Position numbers and translations under genes: made by a program | Origin: the human T2T-CHM13v2.0 reference genome, Homo sapiens | DNA length: 64,000 nt | Reading direction: 5' to 3' (one strand) | Assembly: GCF_009914755.1 (NCBI RefSeq) | Contig: NC_060926.1 | Notes under the pieces: model-generated | The model's input: only the letters and a program-made list of their open reading frames with translations | Told to the model about the DNA's origin: nothing | Databases searched by the model: none | Part shown: positions 1 to 14,748 of the stretch, piece after piece | Layout: each line of letters opens with the position of its first letter | How positions within the stretch are numbered: position 1 is the stretch's first letter

Positions 1-606
1 CTAGATGGTCTTTACTATGTTCAGAGTTATGCATTCGTCACCACAATCAATTTTAGCACATTTTCATCACCCCAAAAAGAAACCCATACCCCCTAAGTCA
101 TCACCCTGATGCGCTTTCTTTTTCAGCTTTTTTGATCATTTGGTATAACACTGAAAGAACTAACATTACTACCTAATTTATAGAACTCTATGGCAGATAC
201 AATATATACTTTTCTTCTAAATTCTGACTCTCAAATCTGAAAGACTAAACCAGGATAATCTTTTGAATGTATAAGTAACATTTTTCCCTTATTTATTACC
301 CTTCACCAGGGATGCCAAAATTAATTTGTTAAACATGTCAATAACTACATGTTCACTTCTTACTCCTTTAAATTACTATTAGATGTGTTTCAAGATTTTT
401 AATTACTTTGGTAAAATTTCAATTATCTTTGGCTTCCTGCAATATTGTACAAGATATGTGAAACACAATTTTGGATACAACAGATTGTTTAAAAGTTTTA
501 AATGATGTTATTGTCATAAACAAAAAAAAAATCATAAAATACCCAGAAGATAGTTCTGCTTTATTGGGAATTAATTAGAACCTTTATTAATGCACTGCCT
601 TTAAAT

Positions 607-2160
607 TTTCTTTTTTAAAATTGATAAATAATGGATGTACACATTTTTGAGGTACACATGATAACAATACATTCATATAATTTGTAAGGATCAAATCAGT
701 GCAATTGGGATATATATATTACCTTAAATATGTGTCTGTTCTTTATGGTGGAAGCATTCAAATTATTATTTTTAAACTATTTTGAAATACACAATAGATT
801 CTGGTAAACTATAGTCACCCTACTGATCTATCAAATACTAGGTTTTATTTCTTCTACCAAAGTGTACATTTGATAAAAGAAATTAATCAACCTCTCTTCA
901 TCCTCCCGTCTACCCTTCCTGGCCTCTGGTAATTACCAATCTACTGCCTTATGAGATCCACCTTTTTGGCTCCCATATGAGTGAGAACATGTGAAATTTG
1001 TCTGGATTTATTTCACTTAACATAATGACCCCCAGTTCCACCCATGTTGCTGCAAATGACAGAATTTTATTCTTTATTATGGCTGAATAATATTCCATTA
1101 TGTGTATATACCACATTTTCTGTATCCATTCATCCATTGGTGGACACTTAGGTTGGTTTTATATTTTGACTATTGCTAATAGTGCTGCAATAATTATGGG
1201 AGTGCAGATATCTTTAACATATTGAATTTATTTTCTTTGGATATATATTCAATAGTGGGATTGCTGAAATATCTGGTAGTTTTATTTTTAGTTTTTTAAG
1301 GAACCGCCACACAGTTTTCCATAGTAGCTATACTAATTTATATTCCTATCAACGTTTTATGACAGTTTCCCTTTCTTCCCATCCTTGCCAGCATTTATTA
1401 TTCCCTGCTTTTTGATAAAAGTCGTTTTAACTGGGGTGAGATGATATTTCATGGTTTTGATTTGCATTTCTGTGATGGTCAGTGATGTTGAGCATTTTTT
1501 CATGTATGTGTTGGCCATTTGTTTGTCTTCTTTTGAAAAATGTGTATTCAAATCTTTTGCCCATTTTTAATCAGATTATTATTATTATTATTTTGCTATT
1601 AAGTTGTTTGAGCTCCTTATATATTCTGGCTATTAATCCCTGACAGAAGTATACTTTGAAGATATTTTCTTCCAATCTGTGGATTGTGTCTTTACTTTGT
1701 TGATTTTTTTTTTTTTTTTGCTGTGCAGAAGCATTTTAGCTTGATATAATCCTATTTGTCCATTTTTGCTTTGATTGCCTATGCTTTTAAGGTCTTATAC
1801 AAAAAAAATTTGCCTAGACCAATGTACTGGAGCATTTCTCCAATGTTTTTTCCTGGTAGTTTCCTAGTTTCAGGCCTTAGATTTAAGCCTTTAATCCATT
1901 TTTATTGATTTCTGGATATGGCAAGAAACAGTGATCTAGTTTCATTCTTCTTCATATGGAATATTCAGTTTTCCCAGCACCATTTATTGCATCATTTGTT
2001 GAAGACACTGTTCTTTCCCCATTGTATGTTCTTGATGTCTTTTTTGTAAATGAGTTGGCTATAAATGTTTGGATTTATTTCTGCGTTCTCTATTTTGTTC
2101 CATGATCTATGTGTCTGTTCTTATGCCAGTGTCAAGCTGATTTGGCTACTATAGCTTTGC
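607..2160 (-). mobile_element. L1 (L1MA-type) 3' end and ORF2 C-terminal fragment
   Basis: Minus-strand translations DEWIQKMWYIHIMEYYSAI and [21 protein letters not shown] are L1 ORF2 C-terminal motifs. Confidence 0.9.
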
Positions 2161-2344
2161 CTCTAATTTTAATTCCTTCATTTAAGTGTAATATAGGGAA
2201 ACAAGAGACAATCCAGAGGGGAGGGAACAAAATAAAGGATTTTAAAAGGGAATAAGTGTAGAGAAAACAGAAGTGGATCTTGTTTCACTCTGAAAATGAG
2301 AAGGCCAAGGAATAAATTGGCTGTCCTCCAGTTTAGAGAAAGTA

Positions 2345-4020
2345 TAGTTCATCTACATCTGCACAGATGCCTGTATTATTCTCACTATATACACTCTCCC
2401 TGGGCAATCTCATCTACTTCTACTGCTTCACCTATCGGTTGTGGATCTACAAGTGGATTCTGAACTTACAGCTCCATCTCTAAGCCTCTTTTTTGGTCCT
2501 GGACCCACATATCCCACTGGATATCTGTATTTGAATGTTACAAGAAACTCAAAATGTCCAAACTTAACTCATCTTTCCCCTTGAGGTAGACAGATTCTAA
2601 GGTAGCCCCTTGATCCCTGCCTCACTGTGTTCACACCTCGGTGTCGTCCCCTCTCCTTTGAGTGTGGCCAGGACCTGTGACTTGCTTCTAACCAGTAGAA
2701 TATGGCAAAGGTAGTGGATGTCACTCCTGTGGTCATACTATGTTATACAACATTCCATTTTACCAGCAGAATCACTTTAGAGACTCTCTCTGCTGACTTA
2801 ATAACATAAGTAGTCATGTTGGGAGAGCCCAGGTGGCAAGAAACTGTGACCAATCTTCAGAAACTGCACATGGCCTCAAGGAACTAAAGTAAGAAGCAGG
2901 GACCCTCAGTTCTACAACCACAGGACATGAACTCTGCCAACAACCAATGAGAATTCAACTTGGCCGACACTTTGATTCAACCTTGTAAGATGCTAAGCAG
3001 AGGACCCAGCTCAGTCATGCCCAGATCCCTGACCACCCCCCAAAAAAACCTGTGAGGTAACAAATGTGCTGTTTAAACTGCTAAGTTTGTGAAAATGTAT
3101 TACACAGCAACAGACAACAAATATACCCCCAAATCTCATCCTCTTCCTCTTTTCTTTGTCTCCTTAAATGGCTCCATACTCTACCCTGTTGACCAAGTCA
3201 TTCTGAATTCTTCCCTCTTCACTACTACATTTAATCAGTCTCTGTGGACCATCATTTCTGTCTCCTGAATAGCTTCCTCATTCAGCAATTCCCAAACTAG
3301 ATACCATAGACTTCAAATAGGTGTTCTACACATACACACACAAAAATTCAGTGTCAATTAAGTACGCCATATGAAAATTCAGGCCTTTAGAATTATTTGC
3401 CTGCCATATCACTGCCTTAGCCTTTTAATTTGTCTCTCTGCCTCTATCCTTTACTATTTCCAATTCAATCTCATAGGACTACCAAATTTATCTCTCTAAA
3501 GCACAAATCTAACCATTTCATTCCGTAAGTAAATGACATCAGTAGCTTACTGACAAAATTCAGACAGCTTCAAGACAAAGTTCAGACTCCTTATCATAAC
3601 TTCGATCTAAGTAGTGCCTACTTTCATTCCTCAGCATTTCTGCTCTAGTCACACTGCACTTTCAGTTTCCCACATGGACCTTGCTTTCTCACTACCAAAC
3701 ACACTTGCACAGGTTGTTCCTCCCACCTGGGGCTCCCTTTCTGCCCTTGTTCAGCTGGATAACTCCTGTTCATCGCTTTTCACTTAACTCTGACACCATT
3801 TCCTCCAGAAAACTTTCTCAGACCCCTATCCAAATAAGATGCCCCTCCTGAGCCTACTCGACTTTCTTCCATCACAGGAGGTGGCTTACTTGTTTGGATT
3901 TCAGTCTTTCTCACAAGACAGCGAGGCCCTTGTCTTCTGGAACTTTGCCTTATTAATTTGCTACCCCTACAGTTAGCATAGTGTCTGATCCAAGCAATAA
4001 GTGGTCAGTTAATGAATTAA
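2345..4020 (+). mobile_element. L2 fragments split by an MLT1 LTR
   Basis: Pyrimidine-rich L2 motifs (ctcaaaatgtccaaacttaactcatc) and a tgaat-type tail. Confidence 0.65.
2582..3123 (+). mobile_element. MLT1 (ERVL-MaLR) solo LTR
   Basis: tgaggtagacagattctaagg start, ...acacagcaacagacaacaaata end, internal gtggcaagaaactg motif. Confidence 0.8.
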
Positions 4021-4336
4021 GTCAGCTCACACCTCATATAGAGTTTGGCAGAAAATGCAGTTATTAACTGCACAGGGAGAAGGCAGAGACTGTTGCAGGA
4101 GCAAGATGTAAAATAGGAAAGCAGCCTTTCCTCTGCCCCCAGCTTAGGACCAAGCTCCCATTTCTAGGGCATGTTTTTCAAATGTGCTTCTTCTTTCTAG
4201 AAAAAGCTGGTGGGAGGTTGAACATGGTTTTTTGAGCTTGAGTCTTGACTCAATACAGGCCTAAGATCTCCTAAGCATTGGTGGAAATAGTAGAAAGTTG
4301 AGGATAGGGCTCAGTGACATCTCAGAGCTTCAATCA

Positions 4337-4636
<300 letters not shown>

Positions 4637-4719
4637 TTAATTTGAAAAAACTCAAATAAAACATTTAATTGCACAAAAGAAAACCAGAACCCATATAAGA
4701 CAGTGTAGATATTGGAGTT

Positions 4720-4900
4720 CTTAGTGATTGGGTTTTTCCAATACCTGAATCTGAGAAAGGACTTGGGTGCAGATTGATTATTTAGGAGGTGATCCCAGGC
4801 AGCTGAAATAAGTGGGTGGAGAAAGTAAAACAGAGAAGGGAAAAGAGCCAACAAAGAGTGCCTCACTGAGCTGTGGGCAACTGGAGTTGGTTAAGGGTTG
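4720..4900 (-). mobile_element. ERVL LTR fragment (LTR33/LTR16-like)
   Basis: ttatttaggaggtgatcccagg...ctgtgggcaactggag motif. Confidence 0.55.
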
Positions 4901-6595
4901 GCCCGGGAGCAACTGCCGCCTCCTCCTATGCTCTTCCCTGAACTTTTCAGCTGAATCTGCTTGGGTTGGGCTGAGTGGCCTTCTGTTTTTCAAAGAAAGC
5001 CTTGAAGCAGAAAGGCAGAGAGATGCCACTGCCCACATTTGAGGTCGAATGTGGCACTGTGCTTGGAATTGTCCGCCATAGCTGTGCTGGAATCACCTGG
5101 GCTAAGAGTGTTGTTTGGGATACCCAAGTGTCTGTTGTGAATTCTAAGAAGCTAAACTGCATTTGTGATCATGAATTTTTTTCTATGCTATAGCCAGAGC
5201 TGAATATCTGCAAACCATGTCCTCTTCGGAGAAATGTTTTCTGTAAGTAGATTTAAACTGCCTTGTGCCTGCAAATGTTGCTGGGTTTTGTTGAGATTAT
5301 TGTGTTCTCATTTGAACAGTTATTACAGATAAGGCCCTGTAATCCTCAAAACTGCAGGAAGCATGTTCAGACACTTTATTCATCTCACACGGGAGAAGAA
5401 GTCATAAAAGGAACCAGGCTGGGTTTAGCAAAGCTCACCTTGGACTGAATTGCTGCTGTCAAGGATATGATATTATTGAAAATATAACAACACAGGTTTG
5501 AGAAATGTTTAAGAAATGTTTTTTGTCTCTTTGCTATTTGGAAGTGGGACATTTAAGATTGTAATCCTACTGCTATGGGTGTGCATCTCCTGTATTGATA
5601 TTGGATGCTGTGCTCTGAGGTGTCATGTTGAGGAGGATATGTGAGCTGTTATGAAGGGCATGGTTATTTTCACTGCCAATCATCTTGGGAAGAGGAGGAT
5701 CCTAAATCAGATGAGAAGGGATTTTTTTCACCATCCTAGACCTGGGCTCCAAGAACATACATGAAGCTACTCATAAGGGGTAAAGGAAACTGTCATCTGC
5801 CACAGGGAAATATGTGGTAACCAGGCAAAAGAGCATCCCTATGGATGAACCATGGTTACAAAAAGAACCATACCTGGTAGCCAGTTGTCTCCTGTGCTTC
5901 CATCTGCCCTGAGACTCATTAAGTTTTGTTAGAGTGGAGAACCTAGCTTCAGCTCAGTTTTGAGGTTGGGAGTCTATCTGTGTTTGATGTAGAGTACTCT
6001 ATCTTAAAACTGAAGTAAACACAGTGTGCCCAGAAGAACAAGGATGGTCAATGGTGTTACATGCTACAGAAGGTTCAGAAAGAATGAAGACAAGAATTTT
6101 TAAAGCCACCAGGACCCTGCAAGATGGAGGTCAACAGTACCATCCCCGATGGCCACTGCAGGGAAAGTACTGAAGATCACCATCCAATTACAGTGCCTAA
6201 AAATAGGCAGATAAAAGAAGTGGAAACAGTTTAGAAAATTATTTATATTGCAAATTAAAGGAAATCTTGAGTTTTTCTTAGTTATTATTTGAACTATTAC
6301 ACCTTTATATTGCAAATAAAGAAACTAAGTCTCAGATTGTGACTTCCCAAAGTCACACAGCTAGAAAGTTGACAGAGCCAGATTGTTTTTCCCTCTAGTT
6401 CAGTTATTTTCCCCACTCATTTTCAGGCTGGTGGCTTGATAACCAGTGTCAAATAATTGTTTTTGTTTTATTTTTATGTGCTCTTTTCTACCCACTCCCT
6501 CCTCCCCCAACAAATGGCTGTCTGGGCATATCTATACACAGAAGATCAAAAGCCAGGGGAATATTCTAAATAGAAGATAATAATTAAAGATGTAA

Positions 6596-6760
6596 GGTGG
6601 GCATGGTGGTATGTATCTGTAGCCCTAACTACGTGGGAGGTTGAGGCAGGAGGATCACCGGAGCCCTGGAGTTGAAGGCTGCGGTGAGCTAAGATCACTC
6701 CACTGCCCTCCAGCAACAGAATGAGAACCTATTGCAAAAATAAAATAAAATAAAATAATA
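6596..6760 (+). mobile_element. Alu right-arm monomer (FRAM/AluJ)
   Basis: Diverged right-arm sequence with an (AAAAT)n tail. Confidence 0.8.
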
Positions 6761-7334
6761 AGGAGGCAAAATTCTCCCAGTCAGTCATTTATTGAAGCTA
6801 TTACCCAGAGCCAATAACATGTGAGAAAGTGTTTTCTGGGCCTTCTGGGAGAGAAAATCATGTACTTTTCACAAAAGTTATTAGCGCTGTCTCCCTCCCT
6901 GGACCTACTGGAGGCATTGAAGGAAGAGGAGGGTGATGAGGTGAGGATGGTTTAAAACCAGAGTTTGAAGACAACACTGTGGGAGGCAAAAAAGGGTTAG
7001 CAGACATACAAAGACAACAGAATCCTTGGAAATAGATATTTACTTTGAGTCCTTACATTTTTATAGCTGTCTATCTCACACGAATTAATAACCACAAAAC
7101 ACAATATGGTAGAAATCGGGCATAGATGGAGAGAGGGGAGAGCTAGCAATCCAAGTTTAGGCCTGACACACCCAGCAGTATGTCTAAATGTTCATGATGA
7201 CAACATCAGAAACAACAGATTATGGAGTCCAGGAGAAGATGTTTATATGTGACCAGAAGCAAACTGACTGATTAGGTAAATTGTAGAGGCAATCATGATT
7301 CAATGTCCTAAAGAATCTAGGAGGTGAAGTGACC

Positions 7335-7915
7335 AACACCACTGGCTGTTCCCAATATGTATTTCCCCTTTCTTTCTTGGTAACAGAAGCTGATTTTGGG
7401 CACACTGTCACTAACGTACCTCCATTTTCTGTCCTGTCTCACAGCTACATGTGGCTATGTGGTTATATTCTGATAAATGGAATCTATTCAACTTTCAGGA
7501 AATATCTTTAGGAAAGAGATAGGTTCTTATTTATTCCTTCTTTTTTGCATTCTCGAATACAGACATGATGGGTAGAGCCTGAGGAGCCATCTTGGACCCT
7601 GAGGTTGAAATAACTTGTTAAGGATGGCAAACAACAAGATAGAAAATGCCCAGGGCCCTGGCACTGCAGAGCATCTGCCAGCCCTGAACTATCTACCTCC
7701 AGATTTCATTTATGTAGAGAAATGCAATTTGTTTATTTAGGGGATGATCCCAGGCAGCTGAAATAAGGGGGCAGAGAAAGTGAAACAGAGAAGGGAGAAG
7801 ATCCAACAAAGAGTGCCTCACTGAGTTTTCCCCCTCTCATCATAAACACACACCTCAAGTTATCATTATTTTGCATTTACTGTCACTCAAAGCAAAATCT
7901 AATATTAAATGATGC
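7335..7915 (+). mobile_element. Old MLT1 LTR carrying a local templated insertion
   Basis: agccatcttggaccctgagg...acaagatagaaaatgcccaggg MLT1 motifs; 3' end split by the 93-bp copy. Confidence 0.65.
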
Positions 7916-8384
7916 AGCAGGTAAGCCGGACAAGTGAGTGCAGACATGCTGATAGAAGAGGAGACAGATTATGGTGTTAGAAATGGTATGATAAATTGGT
8001 AATCTCAATGGAAATTTGGGGATATGTGTTGACGTTGTCATTGCTATGGCCTTGCTGGGTCTTATCAGTGAAAGGACCAACTATGGCGAAGACTTCTTCT
8101 CTTTGGCTGATCAGCACCCTTCTCTCCTTTGGAAAATTTGTTACTTTTTCCACGTGTTTCTAGTGTAACTGCAACTACATTACCTTCTCCCTAGTCAAGG
8201 GGGACTGCAAGTAACTCAGGTGGTTCTGGCTTATAATTATGTTCTTTCCCATTTATTCAGATGATTGTTTCAATGGTTGGGCAGTTGACTGGAGCCAAAG
8301 TCCTCCTCTGAGGTTGTCCTAAATGGCTCCAAAGGGTAAAGCCCCATTTAACTCTGGGGACACAGGGCTGAAGAGAGGTGAAAG

Positions 8385-8790
8385 TTGTTAGCAGGGCTTG
8401 GTCCTTCTGGAGATTCTAGAGGAGAATTTGGCTCCTTACGTTTTATAGATTCTAGAGACATCTACATTATTTGGCTCCTTGCCCCTTCCTCTATCTTCAA
8501 AGCCAGCAGTACAACACCTCCAAATTTCTCTCTCTCTCTCCATCTCCCTGACCTCTGCTTCCATCATCACATCTCCTTCTATGATTCTGACACTCCTGCC
8601 TCCCTCTTTCTGTTTCTTTCTGCTATAAAGACCCTTTAATTATATTTGGACATGGTAACGGAGGATAATCTCTGCATCTCAAGATTTTTATTTTAATGAG
8701 CAAATCCCCTTTGGCCATGAAAAACACATATTCACAGATTCTGAGGATTAGGATATGGATATCTTTGGGGAGCCATTAGTCTTTCTACCA
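8385..8790 (-). mobile_element. MLT1 LTR fragment
   Basis: gttagcagggc...tcttcaaagccagca...ggattaggatatggatatctttgggga...ctaccac. Confidence 0.75.
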
Positions 8791-9199
8791 CCCTAACCCC
8801 ACCTCTGGTCTTGCAAAAAATTATTTTCTTATTTTCTTCTTGTCACTTGCAAACAAGAGTCCTGGCCTCATTTACCATTCAACTTCTTGCATTAAATCTA
8901 ACAGAATAAATACTTTGAGTATACTTACATTTTCTGATAGGCTGTAAACCTCTTTACTCAGGTCAACTTGGTTTTATCATAGGAATTGATCCACCTACTC
9001 TATTCTAGTAAAGAACCTCAGGAGTCAACGGAATTGTTGGTCCTTGTAAATCCACCATGATATTGCCTTTTGCATATGCTTAATCCCAAGAAGACCATGA
9101 TTTTAGAGCTAAATTATTGCCAAATAGTGATATAAGGATTATCAAGACATTGTTTAGGATGTGCTTATTTTCTGGAAATTTCAACCCCTTAATTATTGG

Positions 9200-10405
9200 C
9201 AGGAGTCAAAACCTTATGTAAATAAAAACTCTGGACAATACACAAAAAGTAGCTACCTCAAGATGCTGGAAAACAATAGCAGGTGGATTGTGGAAAGGAG
9301 TCAAAGCTTAGTGAATGACTCGTACTGGGTAAGTTTTCCTTCTCTGCCCCTCTTCTCTCTGCTGGTGTTGATTTAAGAGCAACTCTAATTGTGTGTAAGC
9401 TGTGCATCAGCATGGGTAGCTGTAATTATGAGAGAAATCCCATCCTTCTAACCAGAGGACTGGAAGGAGGGGCCCTCAGGAGTTGTAGAGAAGGAGGAAG
9501 ATATCATAGAGAAGGGAACTGGAGAAGAAAATCCCTTATTCTGAGTATAAACCAACACATGTTCCAAGCTCACCCCGAGCTGAGCATACATGAAAAAGAT
9601 GTAAAGCAGTATAGTGAAGTCTTTGAAAACTAAAATGACATTGGAACCATTTCCCACAGAGATTGAAATAGAGCTTGAGGTATGATCTAACTGGGTTGAT
9701 TGTCTGTTAAAACAATAAGTAATCCACATTCTAGAGGAATATAACAGGCCCTGAAGTCATTAAATAATATTCAAAATGTCCAGGATACAATCCAAAATTA
9801 CTCAACATACAAAGAACCAGGAAAATGTGACCAATTATCAAGGGACAGGACAATCAACAGATGCAAAACCTGAGCTAACTCAGATCAGGAGCAAGCTTTT
9901 TCTGTAAACAGCTGGATGGAAGGAATATTTTAGGGCATGGGGGCCAAATGGTTTCCATCACAATAACTCAACTCTGTCATTTAGGACAAAAAAGTCACAG
10001 ACAATATGTAAATAAATAAGCATGGCTATGTTCCAAAAAAATTATATTTATGGAAACCAAAATTTGATTTTCATGTAATTTTTAGTTTCATGAAATATTA
10101 GTCTTTCTTTGATTTCCCCCCAAACCATTTAAAACTGAAAACAAAACAATTCTTTGCTCGTGGGCCATGCATAAACAGGCAGCAGTTTGGATTTGGCACA
10201 TAGGCTGTAGTTTGCCAACTCCTGATCTAGATGTTGGAAACATCATACAAAGACTCCAAAGCAGCTATTATAAACATACTCCACAAGGTAAAGGTAAACA
10301 CTCTCTAAATGAATTGAAAGACAGACATTCTCAACTAAGAAATAGAAACTATTAAAAAGAAAGAAATGGAATTTTTAAAACAGAAAAATACCATATTTGA
10401 AATAA
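9200..10405 (+). mobile_element. Old L1M 5'/ORF1-region fragment
   Basis: aatgtccaggatacaatccaaaattactcaacatacaaagaaccaggaaaatgtgacc motif. Confidence 0.7.
9885..10224 (+). mobile_element. MER58B-like hAT-Charlie element nested in the L1
   Basis: cagg...ttttctgtaaa start; ...tagtttgccaactcctg end. Confidence 0.8.
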
Positions 10406-10755
10406 CTATCAAGAAACTCAGAAAATCTTCAAATACTCTTAGGAATGCTCTGTTTCTGATGATACCCAATAGAATTAAGATGTACCCCACAATTCTAAGG
10501 GTGATTATGAGGAATAAAGTAGATCATTTTTTAAGCAGAATGAAGTTTTGCAGGGGCAGAAGCTCAAATTTAAAACTTCTAGATATTAGATTTGTTACTT
10601 TATTATTTCATGTGCTGGGAAAAGGGAATGGAAAATGTATCATCAACTAGAAAATACATGGAAAAGAAAAATATTGCTGTCAGTCATTTTCTTTTATTAT
10701 TTGTTTGTTTGTTCTGTTTATATTCGTTTTTTCATCACAAAAGTAATACATATAT

Positions 10756-11050
10756 GGTTGGGCGCGGTGGCTCACGCCGGTATTCCCAACACTTTGGGAG
10801 GCCGAGGCAGGTGGATCACAAGGTCTGGAGATCGAGACCATCCTGGCTAACGTGGTGAAACCCCATCGCTACTAAAAATACAAAAAAATTAGCCAGGCGT
10901 GGTGGTGGGTGCCTGTAGTTCCATCTACTTGGGAGGCTGAGGCAGGAGAATGGTGTGAACCCAGGAGGCAGAGCTTGCTGTGAGCAGAGATTGCACCACT
11001 GCACTCTGGCCTGGGTGACAGAGCAAGACTCCATCTCAAAAAAAAAAAAA
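10756..11050 (+). mobile_element. AluY
   Basis: Full dimer; TSD AAAAGTAATACATATAT on both sides. Confidence 0.95.
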
Positions 11051-11907
11051 AAAAGTAATACATATATATGAAAAATTTTTCCAATAATACAAAAGTACAT
11101 AAAAGTATAAAATCGAAGTTATTTCTTCATCTCCCAACTCTAATACTGAGAGATAAATGCTGTTAACAGTTTGTGTATTTATCTCTTTACTATGCATATA
11201 AAATAAATATGTGTATGTGCATTTTTTAAAATAAAAAAGGATCATATTATAGATATTTTAAACTTGTTTCTTTCATTCAGTGATGTATTGTGAATATTTT
11301 CCATTTTAGAACATTCATATATACTCATTCTTTCTGACAGCTGTTTAGTATGGATATACTATTATTACTTAACCACTTTCCTGTTAATGAGTATGGTAGA
11401 TTGAATTATTCATTCTAATTCTTCAGTATTCTATAGTATATCAAACACCCTTGCCATGGGTGGCCTCAATGTGATTTTCTCTGCCTTGACTTTGGGCTCA
11501 GTTATGCTGCTTGTTTCAGCCATTAGGATGTTATTATGTGACACAAGCAGAGGCTTGAAATGTGTCTGTGCAGTTACGTTTGTCATCTTATTCTTCTGTC
11601 ATGGCCAAGAAAAGCATGCCCCAGGTAGTGAGGTCCCATTTGCCTGGGCCCCGGAAAGGGACACATGGAGCAGAGCTGTCCCAGATAACTTGTAGGTAGT
11701 ATATGAGAATAAATGTTTATTTGTGTGTGACACTGAGTTTTAGAGTGGTTTCGTTAGGCAGTATTACTGAGGCAATATAAGAATTACAGAATGTTCTATA
11801 AGAATGTAATACAGGGCATTATAGAATGTTCATTTAGGTTGGTTCTAATTTTTTTGTTGTTATAAACAATTTTGTAATTAATACCCATCTTTTTAAAGAT
11901 ATCTTGT

Positions 11908-12090
11908 GTCCAGACACAGTGGCTCATGCCTGTAGTTTTAGCTACTCAGGAGGTTGAGGTGGGAGGATCGCTTGAGCCTGGAAAGTTAGGCTGCAGTGAG
12001 CTGTGATTGCACCACTGCACTGCAGCCTGGGTGACAGAGCAAAACCCCATCTCAAAAAAAAAAAAAAAAAAAAAGGAAAAAGAAAGAAAA
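11908..12090 (+). mobile_element. Alu monomer (FRAM-like)
   Basis: Single arm plus poly(A). Confidence 0.85.
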
Positions 12091-12232
12091 TAACTTGTAA
12101 CTCTAAGCCAGATAAGTTCCCAGAACTATAATTGCTAGATGAGAGCTTAGTATTTTTGAAGCCACACAATATTGATAGTAATAAATATTAATAACATTAC
12201 TATTTGTTGAGCATTTCCTATATTCTAGATTC

Positions 12233-13020
<788 letters not shown>

Positions 13021-13782
13021 ATGGTATTTATTAACTTAATACTCTCTACTTTACAAATATGGAAACTAAAACACAGAGAGTGTAAGGAACTTACCCAAGA
13101 TCACACAGCAAATGAATAGTAGAGCCAGGCATATTGGTTAATTTTTTCATTATCATTTAAACCAGTAGCCTTTTTGAATTTATTAAGCTGTTCCATTTAT
13201 ATAAGAAAAAAATTGTGTTTTGGTAGCACTGTAGCTAGAAGGAATGTTTTCCATGAACAGTTATTTAAAGAAGTTGGGATGCTTTCCAGGAAGAGAATGT
13301 TTGGGGATAGAAAATGAAAGCAGCCAAGCTGTCAAAAGTCTTGAAAGACAATATGCACTTCAGGGCTAATGTAGAAACTTGATTTTTTTGTCAATATGTT
13401 TGATTGATGTACTACCTCAAGAAGTCTTCTCTACTGATCGTTATGAGGAAGCAACAAAGAAACCAACGTGAATATGGATCTTTCTATTTGTTGAGGGCCA
13501 GAGGAGAAACAATTCTACTGCTTTGTAATATAATTATATCAAAGAAGGTTTTATGAAGATTTAGCCTTTTACCATCGGATAATTGTCTCACTAAGATATC
13601 CAAGTGATACCTTGAGCTCAATTTTAATGATTTTAGTGGAATATATATTTTTGTATTCTGTAAGGGGTTACCACTATTGTAACAATAAGGTGTCATCTGT
13701 ATCTGAATATAATTAATATCTAGAAAGGAATCAGAGAGACTTTCCAATAAAGGAAAAAAATCCCGAGAAATAAGATTTATAA

Positions 13783-14058
<276 letters not shown>

Positions 14059-14104
14059 TGAAGGGCTGGATTAATCATGAGCATTCTTATTCTTTTCAGG
14101 AATA

Positions 14105-14748
<644 letters not shown>

